Virus record (IMG/VR): IMGVR_UViG_3300029131_000181
Source of the DNA: a virus
Direction: 5' to 3' (one strand)
Length of the DNA: 64,000 nucleotides
Shown here: in pieces, positions 35,296 to 43,689 of the stretch
How positions within the stretch are numbered: the first letter of the stretch is position 1
Layout: the number at the start of each line of letters is the position of its first letter
Program-made: the position numbers and the translations under genes
Notes under the pieces: generated by a model
Told to the model about the DNA's origin: nothing
The model's input: only the letters and a program-made list of their open reading frames with translations
The model's database searches: none

Positions 35296-35850
35296 TCATG
35301 CGGCGGTTTTATTGCCGCTGTTCTTTTTCTCTACTGCTGTACTCAAAAGACCATCAAACAACTCAACTGCCGTAGACACAAACAGCTGGCTCTGAACCGA
35401 GATTTTTCCCGGCTCCGGAGTCTGCTCTTTCATGTGCGCAGCAGCATTATAAATTGCCGCCAAAACCCCATGCTTCATCAAAACCACTTCTCTGATATCG
35501 GGACTTTCAGCGGCAAGGAAGCTGGCGAGGTTGTAGGCCCGCCCAAGCATCAGCTCATCGTACAGCGGAGCGTTGTGCTGGACCATGGTAGTGTAAACAG
35601 CAGGTTGTTCTCCGAAAGTGCTGAATCGGATGCCTCGGAATCCAGAATTCAGCTCATACAAAAGCGCGAGGCGTTCGGTTAGAAATACTGCCGTCTCAGC
35701 AGTCTTCTTTGCCGTTTTATCAGATAACGGAGCGGCATTGTTCTGCTGTGCCGCGTGCAGAATTTTTTTGGCTAAAAGCCGTTTCGCGTATTCCTGCACA
35801 TCGTGGTCAAGCTCATAGTAAATGTGGCTTGCCGTCTTGTTTGTACGCAT
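35296..35850 (-). CDS. hypothetical protein
   Basis: 184 aa, RBS AGGAGG. Confidence 0.65.
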   Translation of the reverse strand: MRTNKTASHIYYELDHDVQEYAKRLLAKKILHAAQQNNAAPLSDKTAKKTAETAVFLTERLALLYELNSGFRGIRFSTFGEQPAVYTTMVQHNAPLYDELMLGRAYNLASFLAAESPDIREVVLMKHGVLAAIYNAAAHMKEQTPEPGKISVQSQLFVSTAVELFDGLLSTAVEKKNSGNKTAA

Positions 35851-35854
35851 CTTG

Positions 35855-38050
35855 TTACCTCCTGGTTCTTGCCGCCTTCTGTTGTTCGACCCACGCTTCG
35901 GCTTCCTCTACTGTGGCATACACTGCCGTCTCACCGCGCCGGGCAATCTGCTTTCGGGCATTCTGAGCTGCCTGCTCACTCTTGTAAGTTTCATAGCCAA
36001 TGTAGGACCCATCCCATCGGGCAAGGCAGCAATAATATTCGTGGCTCTTAGCGGGAGCTGTCGGGACAAAGGGAGGAGGTACTGCGGGTGTTGCCTGAGT
36101 CGGCTGTGCGGCAGGAATCGGTGTTCCAGTCTTTCTGGCAATTAGATTCTGCTTTTCTGCCATCCAGGCATCAGCTTCCTTCGTATAATAGAAGTACTTT
36201 GCTTCGCAAGTATTGAACAGTGAATAATACAGATTCAACATTTCTTTTTCACTGTTGCAGACCTTCTTGCGAGCCAAATTGTAGCTTGCATCGTAGTAGC
36301 AGCAGATGAAAGCATCCCCACGCGGTGCTTTCTTCGTCTCGTCTTCCTTGTAGTCTGGATACAGCTTGGCGAGGTCTTCTGCCGTATTCTTTTCCGGGTC
36401 CAGCGTGGATGCGTCGAACCCATTCGGAAGTTTCCAGTCATGAGAACTGATGATGTCCAAAAAGCTGCTTGCATAGCGCAATGTCCAGCGCCCAACATGG
36501 ACGAACCCAAAACTTTCAAGACACCGAATCTGTTTCGGGGTAGCCATTCCGCTGGCTCTGCGAGCAATGAGTCGTTTGAGAATTGCAGCGGCAAGGCCCT
36601 GAGATTTGATGGCATCCCCTTTTACGCCGTAGCACGAAATACTATCGATGATGTCATCGGAAGGCTCCTGCCTCTCACTCTCAAACATCGGCTGATAATC
36701 GTTGAGTTCCGGCGCTTCGATGCTGAAAATGTACTGCAGCGGGTCAACCAATCCTCTCGGCTTTTGACGCTGTGCCTTGAGCTTGCGCTGAATCGTATCC
36801 TGCTTTTCGAGTTCACACAGTGCTTTCCGCTTTTCCTCGTCCAGCTCAGTCTGTGCTTCCTCGATTGCCTCAATCAGCCCCAATTCAGGACTCCCGAAAT
36901 TCTCCTGGCTATTCGAACCGGTGAGTGCCGCATCCGCCAGCATATCGGTGGTCTTTTGTGCCACTTCTTGGTCTTCACAGAAAATATCAGCAGGATGGCA
37001 AAGACTATGTTTCTTTGTCAGCCACAGGAAATCCAGCACGAGAAGATTCTTTTTCCCTTCACACAGACGTGTTCCGCGTCCCACAATCTGCGCATACAGG
37101 CTGCGGCTCCTGGTAGGACGCAGGCAAATGATGCAGTCAACGGTCGGGCAATCCCAGCCTTCCGTCAGAAGCATCGCGTTCGTGAGCGCCTTGTACTCGC
37201 CGTTGTCGAATCCTTTCAGAACGTCCTCGCGGTCCGCAGACGCGCCATTGACTTCTGCAGTCTTGAAGTTCCGCTTATTGAGGATATTGCACAGTCTTTT
37301 GCTGATTCGTACCAGAGGCGTAAAGATAACGGTCTTTCGGTTCTGGCATTCTCGTACAATGGCATCCGCAATCGTGTCCAGATACAGGTCAAGAACATTG
37401 CCGAGGTCCTGAGCACTGAAATCACCGGCGTTGATATGGACTTTGCTGATATCCACCTTGACAGGAATCGTCTTCGTGTTGATTTTGCAGAGATAACCTT
37501 CCCGAATTGCATCCGGAAGCTTATATTCAAATGCAAGACTATCAAAGATATCAGATAGGGATTTCATGTCGCTTCGGTCGGGTGTTGCGGTCACGCCCAA
37601 CACTTTGGCATCGATGAAATGCTCGAGAATTCCCTTGTAAGTTTTGGTTGCCGTGTGATGCGCTTCATCAATGATGATAGTCCCGAAATAATCACGCGGA
37701 TACTTCATTAACCGATTCTGCTTAGAGAGAGTCTGTACACTGGCAACCACGACCATCTTATCGGAATCGAGCGCCGAGCTTTGTGCTTTCTCTAACGCGG
37801 TCTCTAGCCCCGTCACCATCTTGAGCTTGTCGCTTGCCTGCTGTAAAAGCTCTTCCCGGTGCGCAAGAATCAAAACGTGTTCGCCCTTTGCCACCTGGTC
37901 GTTCACGATGCTTGCAAACACAATAGTTTTGCCGGTTCCGGTCGGCATCACAACCAGCGTTTTCTTATTCCCGGCATCCCACTCCCTGTGAATCGCTGCA
38001 GCAGCTTCCTGTTGGTAGGGCCGGGAGTCAATCTTCTTTGTCATTGTCAT
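35855..38050 (-). CDS. SF2 DEAD/DEAH-box helicase (type III restriction Res-like core) with C-terminal extension
   Basis: SRPYQQEA (Q motif), MPTGTGKT (motif I), IIIDEAHH (motif II), GVTATP (motif III). Confidence 0.9.
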   Translation of the reverse strand: MTMTKKIDSRPYQQEAAAAIHREWDAGNKKTLVVMPTGTGKTIVFASIVNDQVAKGEHVLILAHREELLQQASDKLKMVTGLETALEKAQSSALDSDKMVVVASVQTLSKQNRLMKYPRDYFGTIIIDEAHHTATKTYKGILEHFIDAKVLGVTATPDRSDMKSLSDIFDSLAFEYKLPDAIREGYLCKINTKTIPVKVDISKVHINAGDFSAQDLGNVLDLYLDTIADAIVRECQNRKTVIFTPLVRISKRLCNILNKRNFKTAEVNGASADREDVLKGFDNGEYKALTNAMLLTEGWDCPTVDCIICLRPTRSRSLYAQIVGRGTRLCEGKKNLLVLDFLWLTKKHSLCHPADIFCEDQEVAQKTTDMLADAALTGSNSQENFGSPELGLIEAIEEAQTELDEEKRKALCELEKQDTIQRKLKAQRQKPRGLVDPLQYIFSIEAPELNDYQPMFESERQEPSDDIIDSISCYGVKGDAIKSQGLAAAILKRLIARRASGMATPKQIRCLESFGFVHVGRWTLRYASSFLDIISSHDWKLPNGFDASTLDPEKNTAEDLAKLYPDYKEDETKKAPRGDAFICCYYDASYNLARKKVCNSEKEMLNLYYSLFNTCEAKYFYYTKEADAWMAEKQNLIARKTGTPIPAAQPTQATPAVPPPFVPTAPAKSHEYYCCLARWDGSYIGYETYKSEQAAQNARKQIARRGETAVYATVEEAEAWVEQQKAARTRR

Positions 38051-38059
38051 ATTTCACCT

Positions 38060-38093
38060 AAAAAAACAAGCAGGCCCGAAATGAGCCTGCCTT
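38060..38093 (-). terminator. hairpin + U-run directly before the helicase RBS
   Basis: Minus strand AAGGCAGGCTCATTTCGGGCCTGCTTGTTTTTTTAGGTG. Confidence 0.7.
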
Positions 38094-38106
38094 ACATTTT
38101 CCCAAT

Positions 38107-38307
38107 TTAGTTCATTGCCCGCTGCATCACAAATATGATGCCGGTTGCCAAAACCATAACGCCAATGTCTCTGACAACGGTTCCGACCCGTTTATCATTG
38201 GTAATGTCCTGATTCCATTCAAATCCCCAACCAATCATAGCGACACCAACCACAATCAAAATAACACCAACAATCGTTAAGCTCTCTTCTGATAAACCGT
38301 ACATCAT
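38107..38307 (-). CDS. small membrane protein
   Basis: ORF trimmed to MMYGLSEESLTIVGVILIVVGVAMIGWG (GGAAAGGAAA RBS). Two TM segments. Confidence 0.6.
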   Translation of the reverse strand: MMYGLSEESLTIVGVILIVVGVAMIGWGFEWNQDITNDKRVGTVVRDIGVMVLATGIIFVMQRAMN

Positions 38308-38322
38308 GCATTTCCTTTCCGC

Positions 38323-38358
38323 AAACAAAAAGCCCCGCACAAGCAATTCATGCGGGGC
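38323..38358 (-). terminator. leader hairpin + U-run between promoter copy 11 and RBS
   Basis: Minus strand GCCCCGCATGAATTGCTTGTGCGGGGCTTTTTGTTT. Confidence 0.7.
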
Positions 38359-38391
38359 AGCGATTCGATATACTTCTACTTTATATTTGCT

Positions 38392-38419
38392 ATTGTACGC
38401 AATTCGCACAGATTAGCAA
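38392..38419 (-). promoter_or_regulatory. motif-class promoter, copy 11 (consensus-like)
   Basis: TTGCTA-ATCTGTGCGAATTGCG-TACAAT. Confidence 0.65.
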
Positions 38420-38429
38420 TAGAAAATTA

Positions 38430-38469
38430 CAAAAAATTCCCGCATGAGCGCTATCACTCACGCGGGAAA
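38430..38469 (-). terminator. rho-independent terminator of gene 38477-39085
   Basis: Minus strand TTCCCGCGTGAGTGATAGCGCTCATGCGGGAATTTTTTGT. Confidence 0.75.
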
Positions 38470-38476
38470 ATGCTGC

Positions 38477-39085
38477 TTAGTACTCGGTGCAGAGAACCGT
38501 CAAAAGGCTGGAGAAGTAGTACATTGCGATGGTCGTGATTTTCACAGCATCGCTTCCCTGCCCGTTTGCAAGGCGTGTAAAAGTTCCGCCGTTCTTGAGT
38601 CGGGTCATGGTCAGGTACATGAGCATATAGGTGTTCACATAGACGTCTGTATATCGCTGACCGTCGTCCTCGTAGCGCTGCGGGATACATTCCTGACTCA
38701 ACATTTCAATGAGCTGATACCAGGATTTCAGGAACAGCGGGCTCTTCGGCTCATTCAGAGCATTCTGAGCCTGCTTCTGGTATTCCTTCAAAGTCTCCTC
38801 TTTCAGAGGCATAAACTCAACGTTCGCAAACTTATCGCGGTTGTAGTAGAGCCACAGCGTAGCGTTGGACAGGTCCATGCAGATACCGGCGAGCTTCTCC
38901 GCCTTTTCGTCTTCCAGCTGAGTCACCGGAACGCTCGGGTCATCGATTTCGGCATCTTCGGAAGTCATGTCCACAATCCGGTAGCTGTTCTCCTCTGCCC
39001 GAATTTCAGAACTGACGAAGCGCTTGAAATCGTCAACGAGAGTCCGATAAGCTTCGAGCTGAGCATTTTCTTTCTGTTCACTCAT
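38477..39085 (-). CDS. hypothetical protein
   Basis: 202 aa, RBS TAGGAG. Confidence 0.65.
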   Translation of the reverse strand: MSEQKENAQLEAYRTLVDDFKRFVSSEIRAEENSYRIVDMTSEDAEIDDPSVPVTQLEDEKAEKLAGICMDLSNATLWLYYNRDKFANVEFMPLKEETLKEYQKQAQNALNEPKSPLFLKSWYQLIEMLSQECIPQRYEDDGQRYTDVYVNTYMLMYLTMTRLKNGGTFTRLANGQGSDAVKITTIAMYYFSSLLTVLCTEY

Positions 39086-39124
39086 GTTTATATCTCCTAT
39101 TCGTTCTATCTTGGATTTTTATTT

Positions 39125-39152
39125 ATTGTATGCGTATCGCACGTTTTTGCAA
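39125..39152 (-). promoter_or_regulatory. motif-class promoter, copy 12
   Basis: TTGCAA-AAACGTGCGATACGCA-TACAAT. Confidence 0.55.
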
Positions 39153-39290
39153 GAGTTCTGGCCCTAAGCACATTTTTGGCAGTTTGTCAATGGCCGCAGA
39201 ATATCAAAGTGCTGTTAAAGTTCAGGCGGAAAAACGTTCTGGAACCAACAAACCCGGGCTCCCGCCTCTTGCATTTGTTTACCGCCTTTT

Positions 39291-39998
39291 TCAGCCTGTG
39301 TTCTGGCTGTTCTTCTTGACATCGGCTGCAACCTTCAAGCGGCGTATGTACTCTTCCAGTTCCTCCAGCGTATAGGTCTCTTCCATCTCAATCGGATTCT
39401 TAGCGTCTTTGGGCAGGTAGCTTTTCGTGCAGACGAATTCAGGAGTTGTCACGGGACAATCCAGAACCGTTTCATCGTACAGTTCCTTCTCAATGTTGCG
39501 GTAGAGAAAGAACGGGATATGCCGTCCGCAATCGTCATCCGATTCCGTCCATTCCGGGAGTTCCTGAATCTCGCGGCCATATGTTTCATACAATACCGTG
39601 TTTGCCCGAGCATTGCCAAGCAGGGTATTGTACAGCTTGAAGTTTTCCCTCACTTCACGGCGAAAGAACTTCGGGAGCGAGAACTCCTCGAATTCCAGCT
39701 TCGTATCAGAACGTAGATAGTAGCGGTACTGCGCCTCGACCGGCATGAATTCAGTCGTGTTGTTCAGTTCTTTCAAAGCGTTGAGTCGTTCACTCGTTTT
39801 TTTGACATTATGCCTTGCATAGCACAGATACGCTGAAACCAGAATCATCAGAAGAAGAGCTGCAAGGATAATGACAATGAGCCATTCCTCGCCTTCCATA
39901 TGCGGCAGGTGTTTCAGAATACTATCCTGGATAGCATAAGGAAGGTCATCGAACCATTCATAGAACCCAATCGGGTCCTGATAAGTATGGGGAGCCAT
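39291..39998 (-). CDS. single-pass membrane protein
   Basis: 235 aa. TM segment WLIVIILAALLLMILVSAYLCYA. Confidence 0.65.
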   Translation of the reverse strand: MAPHTYQDPIGFYEWFDDLPYAIQDSILKHLPHMEGEEWLIVIILAALLLMILVSAYLCYARHNVKKTSERLNALKELNNTTEFMPVEAQYRYYLRSDTKLEFEEFSLPKFFRREVRENFKLYNTLLGNARANTVLYETYGREIQELPEWTESDDDCGRHIPFFLYRNIEKELYDETVLDCPVTTPEFVCTKSYLPKDAKNPIEMEETYTLEELEEYIRRLKVAADVKKNSQNTG

Positions 39999-40016
39999 GA
40001 TTCACCCTCACCGCCA

Positions 40017-40904
40017 TCAGTAAATAAACTTGCATTCCCGGCGTTCCCGGCCATTGCCGCACCAGTAATGCCGCCAGCGGGGAGTTTTGCCTTCCCCATT
40101 CTTTTTGTATTCTTTGGCCGCATTCTCACCAACGGTATATGTCTTGACGTTGATTCGCTGTGCCTTTCCCTGAAACACGAATACCGGGCGGTCACGCTTT
40201 TTGGAAGTTTCCAAGCAGACATCAGGGTTCTTGCTGGCAAGATAGTTGGCGCACAGGATTGCCAGCCGGACATAAGGTGTGCCGCCGTCAAAGACCGAAG
40301 GGACTGCTTCCATCACAGCCGGTACGCTGATACCATTTACTTGCCGCTGCCCTGCTGCCTTTTCCAGGTATTCTTTCGTGCTCCGAGTTGCTTCCGTCAA
40401 ACTCTGATTTTCCTTGGCCCAGGCAGGCAGAGTCAGGAACGTGAAATCATCGTGGCTGCCCTTAGTGGGGCCGACAAGAACGATACCGAAAGCTGTGGTT
40501 TTCTCTTTTTCGTCGAATTCCACATGCACGAACATACCGTTGTAGTCGTAGCTGTCATACACCGGGATAAAGAAATCACGAACCGGGAGTCGCTGCAGGA
40601 TATCCTGATGAATTGCCACGTCATCCGTATCCATCAGCATTTTCTGAAACTCGTAGTCAAAATCATAGACCGTCTTCGTCTGATTCCAGCAGCCAATGGT
40701 AAAGCAGGGAAAAATCTGCGCAGCCAAAACACGCTCAAAACCCGGCGTGTTCATTCTCTGCGCCGCTGTCATGCAGCACAGCATCGCGGACTTGTTGTAT
40801 TCTTCCAGCGTTTTTCCACACGGGTCACTGAATCCAAAATGGTTTCGGGTTTGTTTGGTAACGGCATTCGCCGTCAATGCGATTCTCAGCTGTTCATTGG
40901 TCAT
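40017..40904 (-). CDS. hypothetical protein
   Basis: 295 aa. ATGA overlap with the upstream gene. Confidence 0.65.
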   Translation of the reverse strand: MTNEQLRIALTANAVTKQTRNHFGFSDPCGKTLEEYNKSAMLCCMTAAQRMNTPGFERVLAAQIFPCFTIGCWNQTKTVYDFDYEFQKMLMDTDDVAIHQDILQRLPVRDFFIPVYDSYDYNGMFVHVEFDEKEKTTAFGIVLVGPTKGSHDDFTFLTLPAWAKENQSLTEATRSTKEYLEKAAGQRQVNGISVPAVMEAVPSVFDGGTPYVRLAILCANYLASKNPDVCLETSKKRDRPVFVFQGKAQRINVKTYTVGENAAKEYKKNGEGKTPRWRHYWCGNGRERRECKFIY

Positions 40905-41500
40905 TTGTTATCCTCCAAATTATTTTTGATTTTTGCCATATGCAAACAGCGCTGGACCATCCCAATGGTGAATTTGCGAGTCGTCAGTACTGTCATGAGC
41001 TTGCCTTCATTACCCTTGATAGTTCGTTCCAAAATGTTCCAGGATTCGCTTTCGGGCTTGACATTGGTATATAAGTCCAGCGGAACATACAGCCACGCGA
41101 TTTCACTGTCCTGCATCACGGCATAGGATTGTAGGATTTTATCAATTGCCTCCACGCCGACCTTCCAGCTGGTGATTATGGTCCGGCTGATATCGTATAC
41201 AATCAGGTGCGGTGCTTCATTTGCTTCCGTATCAACTTCAATGACATGAGCAATATACGGTTTCCCGTCCACCAGCTTATACCGATAAATGATGGACGGG
41301 ATTTTCTCTCGAATCAATCTGTCATGTTCAAGCGCCAAGTCCGCGTACTCGCCCGTTGCATCAATGATGATGACTCGTCCCTGACAGGTCCTCAGTGTCG
41401 CTCTAATTTGCTTGCGGCACCAGGCAGAGCTGCTCTCTTTGTACTCCGTCGAGACAAGAAAGAAATTCCTGCCCGGTGTGATAATGGGTTCATAGCTCAT
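40901..41500 (-). CDS. hypothetical protein
   Basis: 199 aa, RBS AGAGGA. Confidence 0.65.
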   Translation of the reverse strand: MSYEPIITPGRNFFLVSTEYKESSSAWCRKQIRATLRTCQGRVIIIDATGEYADLALEHDRLIREKIPSIIYRYKLVDGKPYIAHVIEVDTEANEAPHLIVYDISRTIITSWKVGVEAIDKILQSYAVMQDSEIAWLYVPLDLYTNVKPESESWNILERTIKGNEGKLMTVLTTRKFTIGMVQRCLHMAKIKNNLEDNK

Positions 41501-41539
41501 TGTTTATCCTCTGTAGCTTTTGTAATTCATTCACTTTTA

Positions 41540-41567
41540 ATTGTCTGCAATTCGCACAGTTTCGCAA
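41540..41567 (-). promoter_or_regulatory. motif-class promoter, copy 13
   Basis: TTGCGA-AACTGTGCGAATTGCA-GACAAT. Confidence 0.6.
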
Positions 41568-41600
41568 CATGATATTGTCTGTGAATACCAGTTATCGGAG

Positions 41601-42239
41601 TCATAGTCCTTTGACAAAATTCGGGTCGTAGTGGGACAGGACTTCCTCGTTCAAGCTGTATTCGCAGTTGATAGTCGTTGCGTCATCCACATACATGCCT
41701 CGGTTTGCGTAGTATATTCCATCAATATAAATGGCGAACATGACGGACGGCATCAGTGCCTTTTCATTCACTGCGTAAATCAGGTATTCATCCAGATTAT
41801 CCTTGACCACCGCGCTCTTATTGATTTGGGCGATTTGCTGTCCGCCAAGAAATACAGGGCAGCATACTCCTTCTTTTCCAAAACCAATTTTGTAGCTCTG
41901 GTATTCCTCGCCATACAGCTGCATGGCGATAGAATTGTATCCTTGGAGGAATCCGGTTTTTGTATGGATGACGGAAATCTCGCCTACCCTGCGGTTGTTC
42001 TCACAGATAGCAAAAGGGTGTCTCAGAATATCTTTCGTGTTGATGCCGCGCATGTACGCCCTTGCGTCAGCAGCTGGCATGTATTGCAGCAGGAACTTGG
42101 AATCATTCAGCCGGATGCCATAACCTTGCCGCAGCACTTTCGGAATATAGTGTGCCTGCCCGATAACGGCCTTGCCTTTCACGATATCGAAGGTGAACTC
42201 ATATCCTTTCGATTTGGTTTGCTTCACAATCCATTGCAA
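41601..42239 (-). CDS. hypothetical protein
   Basis: 212 aa. TTG start 10 nt after GGAGG. Confidence 0.6.
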   Translation of the reverse strand: MQWIVKQTKSKGYEFTFDIVKGKAVIGQAHYIPKVLRQGYGIRLNDSKFLLQYMPAADARAYMRGINTKDILRHPFAICENNRRVGEISVIHTKTGFLQGYNSIAMQLYGEEYQSYKIGFGKEGVCCPVFLGGQQIAQINKSAVVKDNLDEYLIYAVNEKALMPSVMFAIYIDGIYYANRGMYVDDATTINCEYSLNEEVLSHYDPNFVKGL

Positions 42240-42667
42240 AACTCAATCGCCTCCTTTTGCCTTCTCACTCGCTGGATAACCTTGTAAATACCAGGAACCG
42301 AGAGCTGATATTTTTCGGATAGTTTCTGCACCGGCACGCCGCTCTCGTATTCTCGAAAGATATTCTCATTGCGCGGTCTTTGTCTAATTTTGATGCGCTC
42401 ATTTCTACGGTTTTCAGTCAGGCCCGCATCGTTGGCAACCATGCTGCAATATCCTTCTGCCACGTTGAATTTTGCAATCATTTCCTTGAGAGGGACACTG
42501 GCTTTGTACGCAGCAAGAATTTCGGCCTTTCTAGCATCCTCTACCTGCGCCAACTGAATTCTGGCCTCCTGTTTCGCGTCGTCTAACGCTCGATAGCATG
42601 TACGGACGCTCAACCTGTATTTTGCGGCAAGCTCCTCAATGGAATAGCCGTTGCCGTAGTCTTTCAT
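42224..42667 (-). CDS. multi-HTH repeat DNA-binding protein (fourth paralog)
   Basis: YSIEELAAKYRLSVRTCYRAL and VPVQKLSEKYQLSVPGIYKVI are the same unit type as genes 1-1481. The start is uncertain: ATG 42667 has no RBS, and an AAGGAG lies at about 42735. Confidence 0.6.
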   Translation of the reverse strand: MKDYGNGYSIEELAAKYRLSVRTCYRALDDAKQEARIQLAQVEDARKAEILAAYKASVPLKEMIAKFNVAEGYCSMVANDAGLTENRRNERIKIRQRPRNENIFREYESGVPVQKLSEKYQLSVPGIYKVIQRVRRQKEAIEFCNGL

Positions 42668-42750
42668 GATATTGCAATTTCGCTCAATCAACTTTTTGCT
42701 TGCAAATTTTGAGATGGTACTCAACTCCTTTGCTTTACGCTTTATTTCTG

Positions 42751-42778
42751 ATTGTCTGCAATTCGCACAAATGGGCAA
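42751..42778 (-). promoter_or_regulatory. motif-class promoter, copy 14
   Basis: TTGCCC-ATTTGTGCGAATTGCA-GACAAT. Confidence 0.55.
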
Positions 42779-42789
42779 CTATTTTTGCG

Positions 42790-42822
42790 AAATAAGAAGG
42801 CAGGCTCCGAAAAGAACCTGCC
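42790..42822 (-). terminator. rho-independent terminator
   Basis: Minus strand GGCAGGTTCTTTTCGGAGCCTGCCTTCTTATTT. Confidence 0.7.
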
Positions 42823-42829
42823 ATGCATA

Positions 42830-43175
42830 TTAGAGGTTAAAGATGCCCAGCCAGCGCCGAAACTTGATGCCGAACAATTCCTGTGCCTGCTCGTAGTTCA
42901 TGATAAGCTGGTTGCCGCCAGAAATCAACACTATGCCGTCCGGCGTATAAGCCGTTTCCGTAAGCTTTATTGACGGCCTTTTTGAGCTCCTCTTGAAACT
43001 CCTGCTCTTCCATTTCGTTCTTTCTGAATGCTTCCGCAAACGCCTTGTACAAGTCATAGGTCTCTTTGTCGGGGTTAAATGGTGCGGTTCTGTAGTATTC
43101 TGTTACGAACCACTTTTTGCCATCGATGCTGGTCAGATAAAATCTTGTATTCGGAATCGGAATGCTTCCCATCAT
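42830..43175 (-). pseudogene. frameshifted gene (or +1 recoding)
   Basis: The N-terminal part is in one frame (MMGSIPIPNTRFYLTSIDGKKWFVTEYY..EELKKAV). A protein-like C-terminus appears only in the +1 frame (..TETAYTPDGIVLISGGNQLIMNYEQAQELFGIKFRRWLGIFNL*). Confidence 0.5.
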
Positions 43176-43180
43176 GTCAA

Positions 43181-43570
43181 TCACCATCCTCCACGACCAA
43201 GGCGAACCCACTCGGTTTTCGTGGTGTGCGAAGTATGATGAGCATATACTTCATATTGCAGCTTGCGCTCATACTCTGCTCTTGACGCTTGTTCTTCCTT
43301 CAGCTCCTTGACTGTGGCGAGCAGCTTATCTTCTCGACCTTCCGCTTCACCCTTGGCAAAAGCTGCTTTTTCGGCTTCTTCGATGCGCTGGTATCTGCTC
43401 TTTCGCTCTTTCTCGATGTAGAGTAACCCGTTGGCTACTGCATCAAGGAACGCTTGCATCTCAGATTCCGGGATAGGTTCTTGGCTTTCTCTGCTTTTGG
43501 ATATACAGCAAAAGCCCTCATCGTCGTAATGGATGAAATAGGGTGAGTTCGGAACCTGTTGTACTCGCAT
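43181..43570 (-). CDS. hypothetical coiled-coil protein
   Basis: 129 aa with RBS GGAAGGAAG. Charged helical middle region. Confidence 0.6.
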   Translation of the reverse strand: MRVQQVPNSPYFIHYDDEGFCCISKSRESQEPIPESEMQAFLDAVANGLLYIEKERKSRYQRIEEAEKAAFAKGEAEGREDKLLATVKELKEEQASRAEYERKLQYEVYAHHTSHTTKTEWVRLGRGGW

Positions 43571-43689
43571 AGGGCACTTCTTCCTTCCGTCTCAAAGACA
43601 ATTTGCCGGGACTGTCTCCCGTTGCCCGCTGCTCGCCGCGTGGAGGCTGTCTTTTGGAGCAGCTGCGCGGACAAAACCGCGCTTTTGAG

